Shown here: piece after piece, positions 25,572-38,299 of the stretch
How positions within the stretch are numbered: position 1 is the stretch's first letter
Layout: each line of letters starts with the position of its first letter
Assembly: GCF_009834535.1 (NCBI RefSeq)
Contig: NC_045696.1
Location: forward strand, 30,568,001 to 30,632,000
Origin: Camelus ferus
Taxonomy: Eukaryota
Length of the DNA: 64,000 bases
Direction of reading: 5' to 3'
Position numbers and translations under genes: made by a program
The notes under the pieces: generated by a model
The model's database searches: none
Seen by the model: the letters and a program-made list of their open reading frames with translations, nothing else
Told to the model about the DNA's origin: nothing

Positions 25572-26831
25572 CAAATACAAAAATCTCCCAATTAAAAAAA
25601 CAAAAAGCTCTGGGTAGATGACTGCACTTGGGGAATTCTACCAAAAATTTAAAGAATAAACACCAAACTTCCTCAAATTCTTCCAAAAAACTGAAGAAAA
25701 AGGAATACCTCCAAACTTTATTAGCCCAGCATTGCCCAGATGCCAAAACTAGACAAAAATATTAGACGAATACCACAGACCAATGCCCCTGATGAATATT
25801 AATGCAAAATCCTTGACAAAACACTAGCAAAAGAAATTCAATGATACATTAAAAAGATTATTGTAACCAAGTAAGATTTATTTGGAATGCAAATTTCAAC
25901 ATGTGAAAATTAATATAATACAGTATAATACATGGCATTAACAGAGAAAGGACAAGATGACATGATCATCTCAATAAATAAAAAGTGCTTGACAAATTCA
26001 ATGTCCTTTCTTGATTAAACAAACTAGGAGTAAAAGGAAATTAATTCAACATAATAAAGGTCACCAAGAAAAGCCCACAGCCAAGATCATATTCAATGAA
26101 AGCTTTCTCTCTTAGATCAGGAACAAGGAAAGAATGCCCACACTCAACACTTCGCAATATAGTATTGGGATTTCTAACCAGAGCAATTATGCAAGAAAAA
26201 GAAGCGAAAGGTATCAAACTGGAAAAAAGGAAATAAGATGATCTCTATCCACAGATGACATGATCTTAAATGGGGAAAATCCTAAGGATTCCACCCAAAC
26301 CTAGTAGAACTAATAAACAAATTTAGGGAAGTTGCAGGGTACAGAATCAATACAAGTAAATCAGTTCTGTTTCTACACACTAATAGTGAACACTCAGAAA
26401 ATTAATAAAACAACCCCATTTCACATCAAAAATAATAAAATACTTAGGACTAAATCTTAACCAGGGAAGATTTCTTGGTTATGATACCAAAAACACAGTC
26501 AATGAAAGAAAAAAGTAGTAGACAAATGGGAGTACACAAAATTTTAAAACTGCTGTACAGCAAAAGAAACTATCAGTAGAGTGAAAAGGCAACCAACAAA
26601 ATGGGAGAAAATATTTGCAAACCATAAATTTAAGGGGTTTTATATTCAGAGTATATAAAGAACTCTTACCACTCAACAACAAAAAATAATCCAATTAAAA
26701 ATAAGCAAAGAACTTGAATAGAAAATTTTCCAGAGATATACAACTGACCATTAAGCAAATAAAAAGTTGCTCAACATCACTAGCCATCAGGGAAATACAA
26801 ATCAAAGCCAGAATGAAATACTGTCTCATTG

Positions 26832-27168
26832 CTAAGGTCTCCTTTTTGGTCCTTTGACTTGAGAGAACAGACTTTTGTGGCTTTTTGGGGGTCTGTGCTC
26901 ATTGGTATTTCTATTTCTAGTTTTCTGGCCTCAAGTACCCATCTTGGGATAAATGATGCAAAAAAAAAAAAAAAGTAGATAACTAAAAAAAAAGAAAGCA
27001 TGCTTTTCTTTTTATTCTTAAGTCCCTAGTCACTCTATCATCTTTTCTCCACTTTGCAGTCTTTTTGTGTGTAGCTATGTGTTTGTGTATAATTTTCAGT
27101 TTTAAGTTGTACTTGGTGTGAGGAATAGGAAAAATTTAGCCTCTATTGTCTTTTCAGAACTGGAAGTC
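26832..27168 (-). mobile_element. L1MC-type 5' end, probably the same element as 23030-24120
   Basis: tggtcctttgacttgagagaacagacttttgt...ttgtacttggtgtgaggaataggaaaa...tggaagtc is the reverse of the remembered L1MCa 5' terminus. Confidence 0.7.
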
Positions 27169-27249
27169 TATTTGCATATCATCTTATAATACTTTGTTGG
27201 ATGCTATTTACACTTGCCAGAGTAATTCTGGAGGACATTTTATATCCTA

Positions 27250-27310
27250 GTAATCTTTCTGTCCCAAGTCTCTAGTGCTGTGTTTTCAGTAGGTACTCAG
27301 TAAATGTTAA
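27250..27310 (+). mobile_element. L2 3' end remnant
   Basis: tctagtgctgtg...agtaggtactcagtaaatgtt. Confidence 0.45.
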
Positions 27311-30300
27311 GGTTCTTTAATGAATTTCTAATACGCATTTCTTCCTTGGTTCTATAATTGACTAGCCGTGATTTTGAGTAAGTTGGTTCTTTTCTTATTC
27401 TCAGATTTGCCTAGCTACAGAGTCTTCCCAACTCTAACTTTAAAGAGCTGTTATAAAAGTGTACATTAATCCTAAGTATATCCTGTTACAATAGTTAATG
27501 CCATTTCCCTATAATTTCTTTGCTTATTCTAAACATTATAAGTGTTTGTGTTATTGCTAGTTTTTAAAAATTAAAGTGCTTTGCACATATCCCCTTTGGT
27601 AATTATTAGTTTCTTAAACCCTTACTTTGGAATTAATGATTCTTAGACATATGATACAATAATTCTGTAAAATGGTTTCTGTATTAGAAAATGAGTTTTA
27701 AAGATTTTACTGTTTTATTATTAATATTGTTATCACACATTCCTTCTGATTTCAGAGCATCAATAAATGTTCCTTGAGATCTTTACTATAGATTTAATGA
27801 ATAGATATCTATTTTTTTTAACTTCTTAATGGTGTTATTTTTTAACATCATTCCCCAAAGGAATAATGGACAAATACTACCCTTGGCCTGCATTTATGAA
27901 TAGTAATGATGTGAACTGCTCCATTTGTATGTTTTATTACTTGCATCTATTCATTTTTATTTCACTTAATCTGCTTTGTAGACATCTGAACAGCTTAATT
28001 AACCGTCTTCACCCTTGACATTCAAATAGAATACTGTCCATTTTTTATATTCTTTGTTATCAAAATACCAGGGTCCTCTACTAACTGTCATGCATGCTAA
28101 ATACATCTACCAGGTGCAACTAATTTTCTTAGTTATAAACAAGATCTTTCAGCTTTCTAGATCACTGTTCTTTTCCAGAGCTTTTTCTACTGTAATCTGA
28201 AATGACAGAAACTTAAATATAAAAGTAATAATGAGTTTATTTGAAAGCACTGAGAAATATATTAAGACTTTTTTAAAATGGCATTTTTTTCAATCGATAA
28301 TAGTACAGTAGATTTTATCAACATTTTTAATGTCTTGCATTATCCACCTCAAAAAACTATTAAATATTGATTCCTTAAGTCTTTCAAATATGTCATATCT
28401 TAAAACTACAAATTCCCACATTGTTTTATAAGTGAGTTATATTCAGTGAAAGGACCTTACACAAGTAGTTTATAAACAATTAAATGTATAATATTACATA
28501 TTATTTCTTCAGAATGTCAAAAACCCATATACTTAGCTACATATTTTTTAGTTGTGTCTATCAGTCAGAGGCTACTCTGGCCATATTACTTCACCAGAAA
28601 TGTATTAACATGTAAAAAATTCTGAGGAACAGTGTATCTGTCTCTTCTTTAACTCTGTCATCTGTATCTGCATTTATATTTATCTTACCCTGCAATTATA
28701 AATGGTTAATTTAAAAGTATTAAGTTTGTTGTTAACAGTTTGTTTTGACCAATTTCTCACAGATGTGGTAATCAGTTATAAATCATCATGTTATATTCTT
28801 GCATCAGGTATATATTATTCGAATGTGAGGGTAGCAGGGATGAGGATGTAAGGCAGATGTAGATTCAATCTATTAATATAATTATTTAGATTTGTTATTC
28901 TGCTAGCAATAACGCTCTGTTATAGAAACAAATCCTTCAAATTGCATATTTTAGGTGCATTTGCTAAGATAATATTGTATCAGTTGTCTACTAAGAATTG
29001 CCACTTTAAAAAAAAAAGAATTACCACTTGAAGTATTACAACGTATCAGTAGAGGAGTAATCATCAATTTTGAGAGAAACTTCTTTTTCTCAATTTTTAC
29101 TCTTGTGAAACTTACCTGAAGTGCTATCTTGTTACTTCTGGGAATATTTAAAATGTAGAGAAAATGTGTATGTTTACAGTTCATTTATATCTCCAATCAT
29201 TAAAAAAAAATGCAATACCAAAATACATGTAGACACAACTAAATATCTAAATGTTGTCTTATAAAATCCAATATGTAAAAAAAGTTCTCTTCATATATTC
29301 CCTAATGGCCAAGTAATGTTCTGAACAACAACAACTGACAAAAATACATAAATTCCAGTTACACATCAAAGAGTCTTCTAAAAACATTTATACAGATAAT
29401 ATTGTTTGTTTTCATTCCCTTAGCAGTAGATTTTTTTAAGATTGTATTTTGCCAACACGAGAAAAGGTAAAATGCCTCTCTTTTCATTAGAAGCACAATC
29501 ATAGTGTTATTCAGATTACTGATCTAATGGACTACATGAACACCTTTGGTTATTCTCAAGCCTCGTATGAAAGTTTGTTACTACAGTTACCAAAGTTATA
29601 TAAATGCTTTATAAATGGTGACTCTCCTTTTCTGAACACTGATTATTCTGATAGATTATAATGACCAATGAAATGATCAGAAAAATGTACACTAAAGGCA
29701 CAAAGAACCTGAAAATCCCAATTATGAATTATCATACCTAGATTAAAAACTTAAAGAGAATCACTTGGTATAAACCACTTCTTAAAAGTATTAACCACTT
29801 CATAAATGCTTATATAAAATATAAAACCTTTGAATATTGGTATTTACGATAACACTTTCTAGTTAACAGTGACCTTATATTACCATTGCAATGTTATAAT
29901 TCTATTGGAAGGTAATTGTCAGCATCTTTATCTTATAGATAGCTGAGATTTGGAAATGTAAAATGGCCATCACATAGGCAAATTCTGAATAAGAGGAATA
30001 CCACTTACCTAAATCTTTTTACTTTAACTCTTTTTCTTCCAAATTTGCATCCACATTCTATTATATGCATGTATGAACTTTGAAGTCAGATCTCAAAATA
30101 ATTCTAATATTTCATTTAAAAAAATTTCCAAACACAGGAATAAATGAAATATCAAATATTTTACTTTTAACATTTGCCTAATAACTTGTTATCCAATGTC
30201 TGAAAGCACTATATTTTAAATTCTAAATATGCCGTTCTATGACTAGAGTATTTTAGAAATATTTTGGTAAACAAGCTATTTTCTTACAGTGGCATAAGTT

Positions 30301-31119
30301 TTAAAAATGTGACTTTCTTACTCATTATACATTCAGATGGATAGATAGTGAAAGAGATAGAATTTGAGACTGATTTATTTACTGAGATTTCTTCCACAAA
30401 TAATTCCAGACAAATGCTTGGATATTTCTTGAAATAAAATGTCCAGAATTATCCTCAAGTTTTTTTTTTTTTTTTAAGGCTTTTTTCCCCTGTTTCAATT
30501 TACCAGTGCTCCCTACTGAGAGAGTAATTTTCCCAATTGTTCGTGATACCCTCTGTTCATAGAAACAAGCCCCTTGCTGTTCAAGTCTAATCTTTGAACA
30601 GTGGGGAAAAATAAGTTAACTGTAATTGATTTGTGGTCATCAGTGAGAGTCTTTCAACCAGAAAAATCATTGAAATTGCTAGTAGCTTTGAGAATTGCCG
30701 TATCTGTTTTTTCTAGTAACCCCATCAAACCCCAAGTTCTAAGTCTATTATCTCTCAAGAGTTCAGTCCTCCAATTTGAACAGCCTAGTCCTCTTGTCAG
30801 TCCAGATTTCCATGCTGAGTAATTGGTCAGCAGATTAAATAAAAGAAGAATCACTTCCTTTTTCCTAGATCCATGGATGTGCACCATTAGGCAGGCTTTA
30901 AGCATTTCCTAATTTCATTCCTATTGTTATTTCTTAAGTAGCCAGAGTAAGATTTACACTAATTCTTTTACTTCTAAAAAGGTGACAGATTTGGAGGTAT
31001 TTTGATAGAATTTTTGAACAAAATCCTGATTTATAGGTAATATGGTTAGTTCAGTATTTTATTACTTACATTTTGAATTTATGTACAAATTTAAAGCTAT
31101 TTTGTTGACATGTTATATT

Positions 31120-31264
31120 TAATCTCTTATAGATGAAAAATCAAGACTCTAGTGAATTAAAATACTTGTCGAAAGTTACAATACTAGTAAGTGACAGATA
31201 CGGAGACGATGCAAACTCTATGACAATGAATCTCCTACCCTTTGTAGTATTCCATGCTGCCTCT
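31120..31264 (-). mobile_element. MIR
   Basis: ttatagatgaaaaatcaagactc...acttgtcgaaagttacaatactagtaagtgacaga...ccatgctgcctct. Confidence 0.75.
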
Positions 31265-31799
31265 TTGAATTATATAAACTCAGTGGGTTTTAAGCTCAGT
31301 TTAGAGTACCACATGAATTGGAATATCCCTGAGGGAAATTTTTTGTTTTGACTAAAACTCAGTAAGAGGATTATTGATTCATTATTGAGAAGAAATTACC
31401 CACATTTTGTTTTAAGGCCTAGAATGGTACAAACTTACAAAAATTTCTTACATCAAGATGTTTGAAATTTAGTACCAAAGAAGAAAAACAAAGTCAAGTT
31501 AAAGTTGCATAAAAGGATAACTTTCCAAAGTCTTGGAAACCTAAAAATCCATATGGCTGTAGAATTTTCAAACCCATACTACTCATTCAGTAAATCTCTC
31601 TAACTAGATTAATAACTAATACTTCTCAGTAATATTCCTGACTTACCTATTATTTTCATTGTGGTTATTTTACTCACACTGAAGTATGCAGTTCTACTGT
31701 TAATTTTCTTAAATCCTTTTAAAAGTTGGTAGAGTATAAATAGATTACTGAGCCCAAATTTGTTACAAAATTCCCAACACCTGGTCCAACTATGAGTAC

Positions 31800-31885
31800 C
31801 TCCAGGCCCTAAAATACAGGCAGGCACATAAAGAATACTTAATAGTATTTTGGGGAAGAAGAGAAGGAATGAAGTAAGGAATGAA
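31800..31885 (+). mobile_element. L2 3' end
   Basis: ggccctaaaatacaggcaggcacataaagaatacttaatagtatttt followed by a gaatgaa tail. Confidence 0.55.
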
Positions 31886-31917
31886 GGCACACAGAAAAGA
31901 AGAGAGAAACTATAACA

Positions 31918-32255
31918 CTGAGTTTGATTTCTCTTCCTTCATAATAAACTACTACAAAGTTAGAAGTTTAAAATAAATACATTTATTGTTTTACAATCCT
32001 TGGGGAAGTACTCTGGCCCCTCAGCAGAGTCCTTGCTCAGGCTCATGAGACTACAATCAAGATGTTGGCCAAACTGCATTCTCGTCAGGAGGCTCGATTT
32101 GAAAGGGATCCACCTACAAGTTCATTCAGGTTATTGACTGACTTAATTTCTTGGCTAGCTTTCAACCAGAAACTGCCCATACATCTTACAGGCTTCCCAC
32201 AGTTCCTTGTCATGTTGTCCATTTACCCCATCAAATTCAGAAATTCCTCTATGTG
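31918..32255 (-). mobile_element. MLT1 (D/E-like) MaLR LTR fragment
   Basis: ataataaactactacaaagttagaagtttaaaa...atcaagatgttggcc...ttcattcaggttattg...cagttccttgtcatgt. Confidence 0.7.
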
Positions 32256-32389
32256 AAAGTGGAGCCTGACTGATACACTGTTTACAGTCTTGTGAAATTT
32301 AAGCAAATTACTCAGCTTAGCCATGTTCAGACTCCTGAGTCACAGATACCATAAGCAAGTAAACAATTTTAAAAAATGATAGAAAGTGA

Positions 32390-33415
32390 GCTTTGAGAGA
32401 TGGAGAAGAGTCATAACAAGTATGGTGGTGTAGACCATGATAGAGTTTGAGTTTTATTCTAGGTGTCTCTCACCTTTTAGTGAGTGGTACAGCCTGGGGA
32501 GGCAGGAGGGACCTTTATAAATAACAAGGATTGTTATTTATAAGGTGAGACATACATTTGAGCAAAGGCGTGATCCCCGCCCCCAGGCACTCTTCCCTCC
32601 ATGCCCACCAGATGCTTTAGGTAACTGAAACTCCAGAATTTTCTGTCTGCGTAACTCTAAGTTGGCTTCAGAGTACTACTAAGGTCCATTCTCCACAAGG
32701 AATACCACACAGTGTGCTTACTTGTCTCTATGAGTGACCAAAATAGTAGCCCCTTGGCTATTTTCAGAGTATGGACAGAACTTGAATGTCCAGATGCATG
32801 CACAGGGTGTTCCTTGAGATTTGATCTGAAGTTATGGTTTGAGGGAGAGGTGGGGTAGGATTTCAGTCAGTGTCTTGGTACCTGGTGAGCAGACTGCCCT
32901 ATGAGATCACATTCTGAGATCTGAGGAATCCACAAGCTCCAAATTCAAATTTTTCAATGACATATTGTCAAACCATGCAGACAATATAACTTATTTAACA
33001 TTTTATTAGCATTACATATAACTTTAAAATAGTCAGGTGTATTTCAATATATGATATATTTGCCACCATTTATGATCTTGCCCTGAACCCTACATTGTTC
33101 ATGTTGGTCTTGGTAGAAGCCACGACCGGAGAGTGACAGTATCTGATTATTTCTGAGATCATGCAGGCTGCTGTGTGAAGAAAGGACTTCAGGGATTTGA
33201 TAGTAGAAGCAGGGCTTTCCATCAGCAGTTCAAAGGAAGGGATAGTGATGGCTTGAACTAGGGAGGTAATGGTGAAGCTGATGAGAAGGGGGAAGCTTTG
33301 TAGTTGCTTTGCAGGTAGAGAAAATCAAACTTATTGATGGATTAGATAGGGACAGTTAGGAAAATCAACTATAAAACATGACTGCTACTTCTGTGGCTTG
33401 AACAGTACATTGGAT
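32390..33415 (-). mobile_element. L2 fragment split by an insertion at about 32470-33112
   Basis: tgtagaccatgatagagtttgagttttattctagg (left) continues as gagagtgacagtatctgatt...gatagtgatggcttgaactagggagg...gatggattagat (right). Confidence 0.65.
32470..33112. mobile_element. Probable old DNA transposon (hAT-Tip100-like) nested in L2
   Basis: Interrupts the L2; the end cttgccctgaaccctacattgttcatgttggtcttg weakly resembles remembered hAT-type termini. Confidence 0.35.
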
Positions 33416-36277
33416 AATAAGTTTGATCTCATCTGCTATCCTCTTGGAGCTTTCGCTAAGAGAAGACTTGTGAGGTAGCCATGAGAAAGGGACATTACTC
33501 CCTATCTAACTTTTCATGAACACGATCATTTAATCTCTACACATGGCTTTCTCTAAGTAGAAATTGATGTCACATGTCCTGATGCCATTGATCAATTCAT
33601 TTTAAAGTTTGTCTCTTTGTGTACATTTATTTGAGATATGCACAATCTCTTTTCATCAAATGCCAAAAGCGAGAGAAGCATTTATTTTTTAGGGATTGTC
33701 ATTTTCAGCCACTTGAATTAAACTTGGTTTAAAGATATGCAAGTAGATTTATATCAAATCTTTGAGTATTTGATACTGTCTGAAGAAAGGCAAAGCCTAC
33801 AATAAGGAATGTCAAGCTTGTCAAAAATATGACTTTTCAGGGATACAAAGCAGCATTTTTGCAGCAGTGTTCACATCTACAAAAAACTGACTGCCCTAGC
33901 CATTATGTCAATTTGATATATTTCTTAATTCACTATGTTTTAGGTAAGAGGCAAGATTTTGTACAAAGGCTAAAGTAATATGAATACATTTTCACCAATT
34001 AATAGTACATTCTGTGTTATAGAATTGTTTTACTTAAATAAATTTATAGTCTATGCATTCCTATCTTGCAAATACAATAATAAAGCCAGAATTTATTTTC
34101 TAATAATGTAGTTCACTAAATTTTAGTTTTATTTGAATCTTTTATAGGTTGTATACAATGCCAAATGTATACATGGATATTATGACAGTAATTAATTGAG
34201 AGCTATATAACTATTAGAAGGATGTTTCAAGATTTCTGGATGATAAATATCTGCCACAATAAATATGCATGTGATAATATAATCTCAACTTATCGGGACA
34301 AATTATTCAATTCAATTCAATTTGGTGTGTGAAACTGAGTCTCCTCTCAGCCATGTAGTTAATCTATATATTGATAGACAGATACATGTATGTGGGTCCC
34401 AATGAGATATTCTACATTGACCATAAAAATGAGGAGTTATTGTAATATAAATGATTAATTGTGGCTTTTCTGGGAATATTTCACTGCTGTAAGTGCCAGA
34501 ACTGGGCAGAAAACTGTAGGAAACAGCCAACCACTTAAGCATTTGACATTAAAGAATATAGTCCACAAGGGAGACTTAGCTGAAAATGTAAATTGAGAAC
34601 TAAGAGAGATACTACAGAAACATCAGAGGAGGTTTTTTCTTTCCTTAATAAAGTAAGCGTGGCCAAAAGTATTAAAATTCAATAATGAAATCAAGTAACT
34701 TAACAGCTGAAACTGTAGTTTATTGGTTGGGTGATCAGTATTTGAGCAGTTAAATAATTCCATTGCAAATAGTTTCAGAGGTGTGATTGTGAAAATTCAT
34801 CTCACAGTGGTTGAAAAAGGAGGACATCAAATAGAGGCCAATATTTTAGGCGTTTATTGATGAGACCCAGTAAAGAGATGGAGCAAAGCAGACTCTCAGC
34901 CTTAACCATTTTTGTGCAAATTGTTGAATCCCATTATGCCCCTTAATGACTGAATAATTAGTTAAACAATCTTATTTGCTCACCTACAAAACTGTCATGA
35001 TAATATAATCTGAAAGGATGTTTTATTTATGTTTATAAGGTAGGCAACTTTATGAGTCTAGAGATAAAATGTCTCCTCAGCCTATGGACACTAACTTATA
35101 TTGGACTAATCAATTAGACATTTCTTATTGTAAACTAGTACTCACAAAAAGTCCTAGAAGATAGTCAGAATGTGTATTACCATTTTTCCATGAAATTAAT
35201 TTGTCATTACCTAAATATACATTATATAATATAGTGATATATTTAGTGAGGTATGATACGTATGTATCACACTGATCTTGTAAAATGTTTTTTATTTTTT
35301 TAATTCTTTTGAATTAAATCCTTAATACACAGTTAATAAAGTGTGTGTGAGCAAATGAATATTCTTTAATTAGAGGATTGATTAGATTTTCTTACTTTGT
35401 TCCTTTGTGTCTTTCTGTTTTCCAGATATTCTCTTCTTTTTAGTAAAAATTCTTTACTCACTTGAAAAGAAACATGAAAAGGGTAACACTTCACAAAGAT
35501 AGAAAATCCTTCAAAATAATGGAATATATATATTAAAATCATCTGTACTATGCTTTAGACTCAAACTCAATCTTAATTTTTCTGATGTGTTATATTAGAC
35601 TATTGTGGAAAAATAAAGTTAAGAGATAAATTTAAATAAATAATCTAAATAGACTGATGGTGTTGCACTTTTTCTTCCCAGGCATGTATTTTGTTCTTCT
35701 AGGTATGCCTCTTAGAAATGCAGCTCACTGAGTTACTCTCACGAGGTTTTCATCTCTCCATGGCAGGAATGCAAATTTAGATTCTATTACTAATTGCTTC
35801 CTTGTAATCAGGAAACTGGCATCTAGGGATTTTTTTTTTTTTTTTGAATTCTCAGCCTGCATTGGATGAGAGTATAGCTCTAATGTAATGTACTAAAAAA
35901 GTAAGCCAATGTAAACTAGCATACAACTAAATCTCCCAAAGGAATTCTGAGACATAATCAGGATTTTCTCATGTAGTCATCTCAAATCAAATAATATGCA
36001 ATACAGATTTTAGTCTTTTAATTTTGCAGAAATGCTCTAAAGTAATTACAACAATATTGAATTTTGTAAGTGATCTCATAAATACACTAAATTAAATAGT
36101 TTAAGTTCTGTTTCATAAAGAATGTAGTAGGGGTGGTTTACATCCTGAAAGTTTTGTTTGCTAAAGAAAGGTCAGCTCCAAACTGCAGTACTTTAATTTG
36201 CTTCTACTCCTTTCTCTACTTAAAATCCAAATTATAATTTTAATATCAATACATCATTTGTAACAACATACATTACT

Positions 36278-36335
36278 GATGGATGGATGGACAGATAGAT
36301 GATAGATAGATAAATGATAGATAGATAGATAGATA
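36278..36335. repeat. (GATG)n(GATA)n tetranucleotide microsatellite
   Basis: Directly visible. Confidence 0.95.
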
Positions 36336-38299
36336 AATATTTTTCCGAAGAAATGACATTTGAAGTAGATGGCAACCACTTTATTAGAGATATAAAATCA
36401 AAAATATAGTTGAACCTAGTATTTGTACAAGTTAAGATAAAATATATTTACATAATGCAAAAAATTTAAAGAATGAATTCTACATTTCTAGCCAACTCTT
36501 CAAGTTCAAGTCAACTCTCTTTTCAGAATATCATTTTAACAAAGAATACTTTATCCTGAATACCACAAAGCAATTTGGTCATATTGTTCTGCATACTTGA
36601 GAATTTATTAATACAAGCCTAGACTAGCTTCTGTAACTATAATGATTTCAGTCAACAATCACATGCCACATTTACTGTTTTATTAAAGTTAAGCAATTGT
36701 GAGGATCAAAGTGTATTATTAGATTCTAGTCATCTTATAATATGATTGCTAGTCATAAAAATACAAAGCTAATACTGATTTTTGTAAGGATATGTTTAAT
36801 CAATTTAGATGTATTTTTTCATTTACTGTTGTGAGATTCATAGAAGACTATAGATACATAGAATAATTTATATAAAACTCCCTTTGTTAATATATTCCAT
36901 ACATTTTCAAGTCTTCTAAAAGAATAGTTTAATCTTAATTGAATAAAATGACATTTATTCAAGTTGTTTTGAAATACATCATATTTATGGATAAAATGCT
37001 CATTTCCATAATGTGGGGATCAAAGAAACAAGCAAAAGATAGAAGGAAAAATACAGAAGATTTTATTAATAATGATTTTGCTTCCAGAAAAAAATAGTTT
37101 CAGAATGCTACAAAGTAAACTTTAGGTCTACAAGCAAAAGCATGCCAATATTTAGGGAAGCACTGGTTTGAAGTATGACACACTTTACGCTTTAAAAAGA
37201 AAGTTTGAAGTTGGCCCCTATCTCAGTACTATATTACACTCATCTTCAGAAGTTGAGGCTTAGCTTTGTAGAAGACAGGACATAATGAAATGTCATAGTG
37301 GGTGGAAGGTTGTACTACCTCCTCAGAACAACCAGTCTCTGCTGCCGAAAGTGGTACATCAAAGCTTTAATGAAGGAGTTGAATCTTATAAAATGTTGTA
37401 AAAGTTTATTTTGTGGCTAGCTGTCAAGTGTTATCCCAGGGTGTACATATATGGAGACTAATAAATCATCTGCTAAATTTTATTGTAGATTTGTCTTCTC
37501 CATATTTTGTGGTTGTTATTGCTCTATTCCTTTCTGATAAAATGTATTCCTTTCAGTATATTTTTTCTGAACACCACCTACCCTTACATTATTACTCAAA
37601 ATTTTATGGATTTTATTATGTTATGGATTTATTATGTTTTATTATGACAATAACTTATTTAAAAATCTCTCAACATAGTGTGATACCATACATGTATGGG
37701 TGTTACTTAAAATTATGCCCGGGTGCAAGAATCTATATTTGAGCATCAGGGGATGCCATCTAGCATTTTATCAAAAAGGATACAGTTTAGACATTGATAC
37801 TATAAGCACTTCAACTTCCTTTAATTCTGATCAAATGAGATATTAGTTAATTAATTTACTGAATGTCTGTAATGTGTGGGTATTGGTAAAATTAAAATTA
37901 ATGACTCAATGATTATTATAATGAATATTAGAAGTCATTGAATATTCATAATTTGTGGATTGACCAGAATGTTTTAGAGCATGTCCAAAGTTTCATGAAT
38001 CTGATATAAGAATCTAGCCAAGACTATACTCCATGATATTTAGTAATGGTATCCAAACCTTACTCCCTAAATGATCTTGTATCCAGTCTATCTTTTGGTT
38101 TGAAAGATGTCTTGTGACTCAGTGTTACTTGTAAAACCAATAGTTTTCTGCCTCTGACCTATTAGTGCATTTTCCTTTAGTATATCTTTCATTGGAGAAT
38201 GTTTGGAGCTCCTGAAGAAAAAATAAAAAACAGTTGGAACTTCAGTGCACTTATAGAATATATTATATGACTTGTTTTTACCTTCCTTGGAAAACAATA

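Larger units (their letters stand above)
24135..26830 (+). mobile_element. LINE-1 (L1MA/MB-age): 5' UTR, partial ORF1 and two ORF2 segments, with internal deletions at about 25520 and 26465
   Basis: caagatgg 5' terminus; ORF1p peptide NENINKEIETIK...EILDLQITVTELKNSLEGFN; RT region (gaattctaccaaaaatttaaag...cagatgacatgatc); C-terminal region aaaaggcaaccaacaaaatgggagaaaatatttgcaaacc. Confidence 0.92.
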
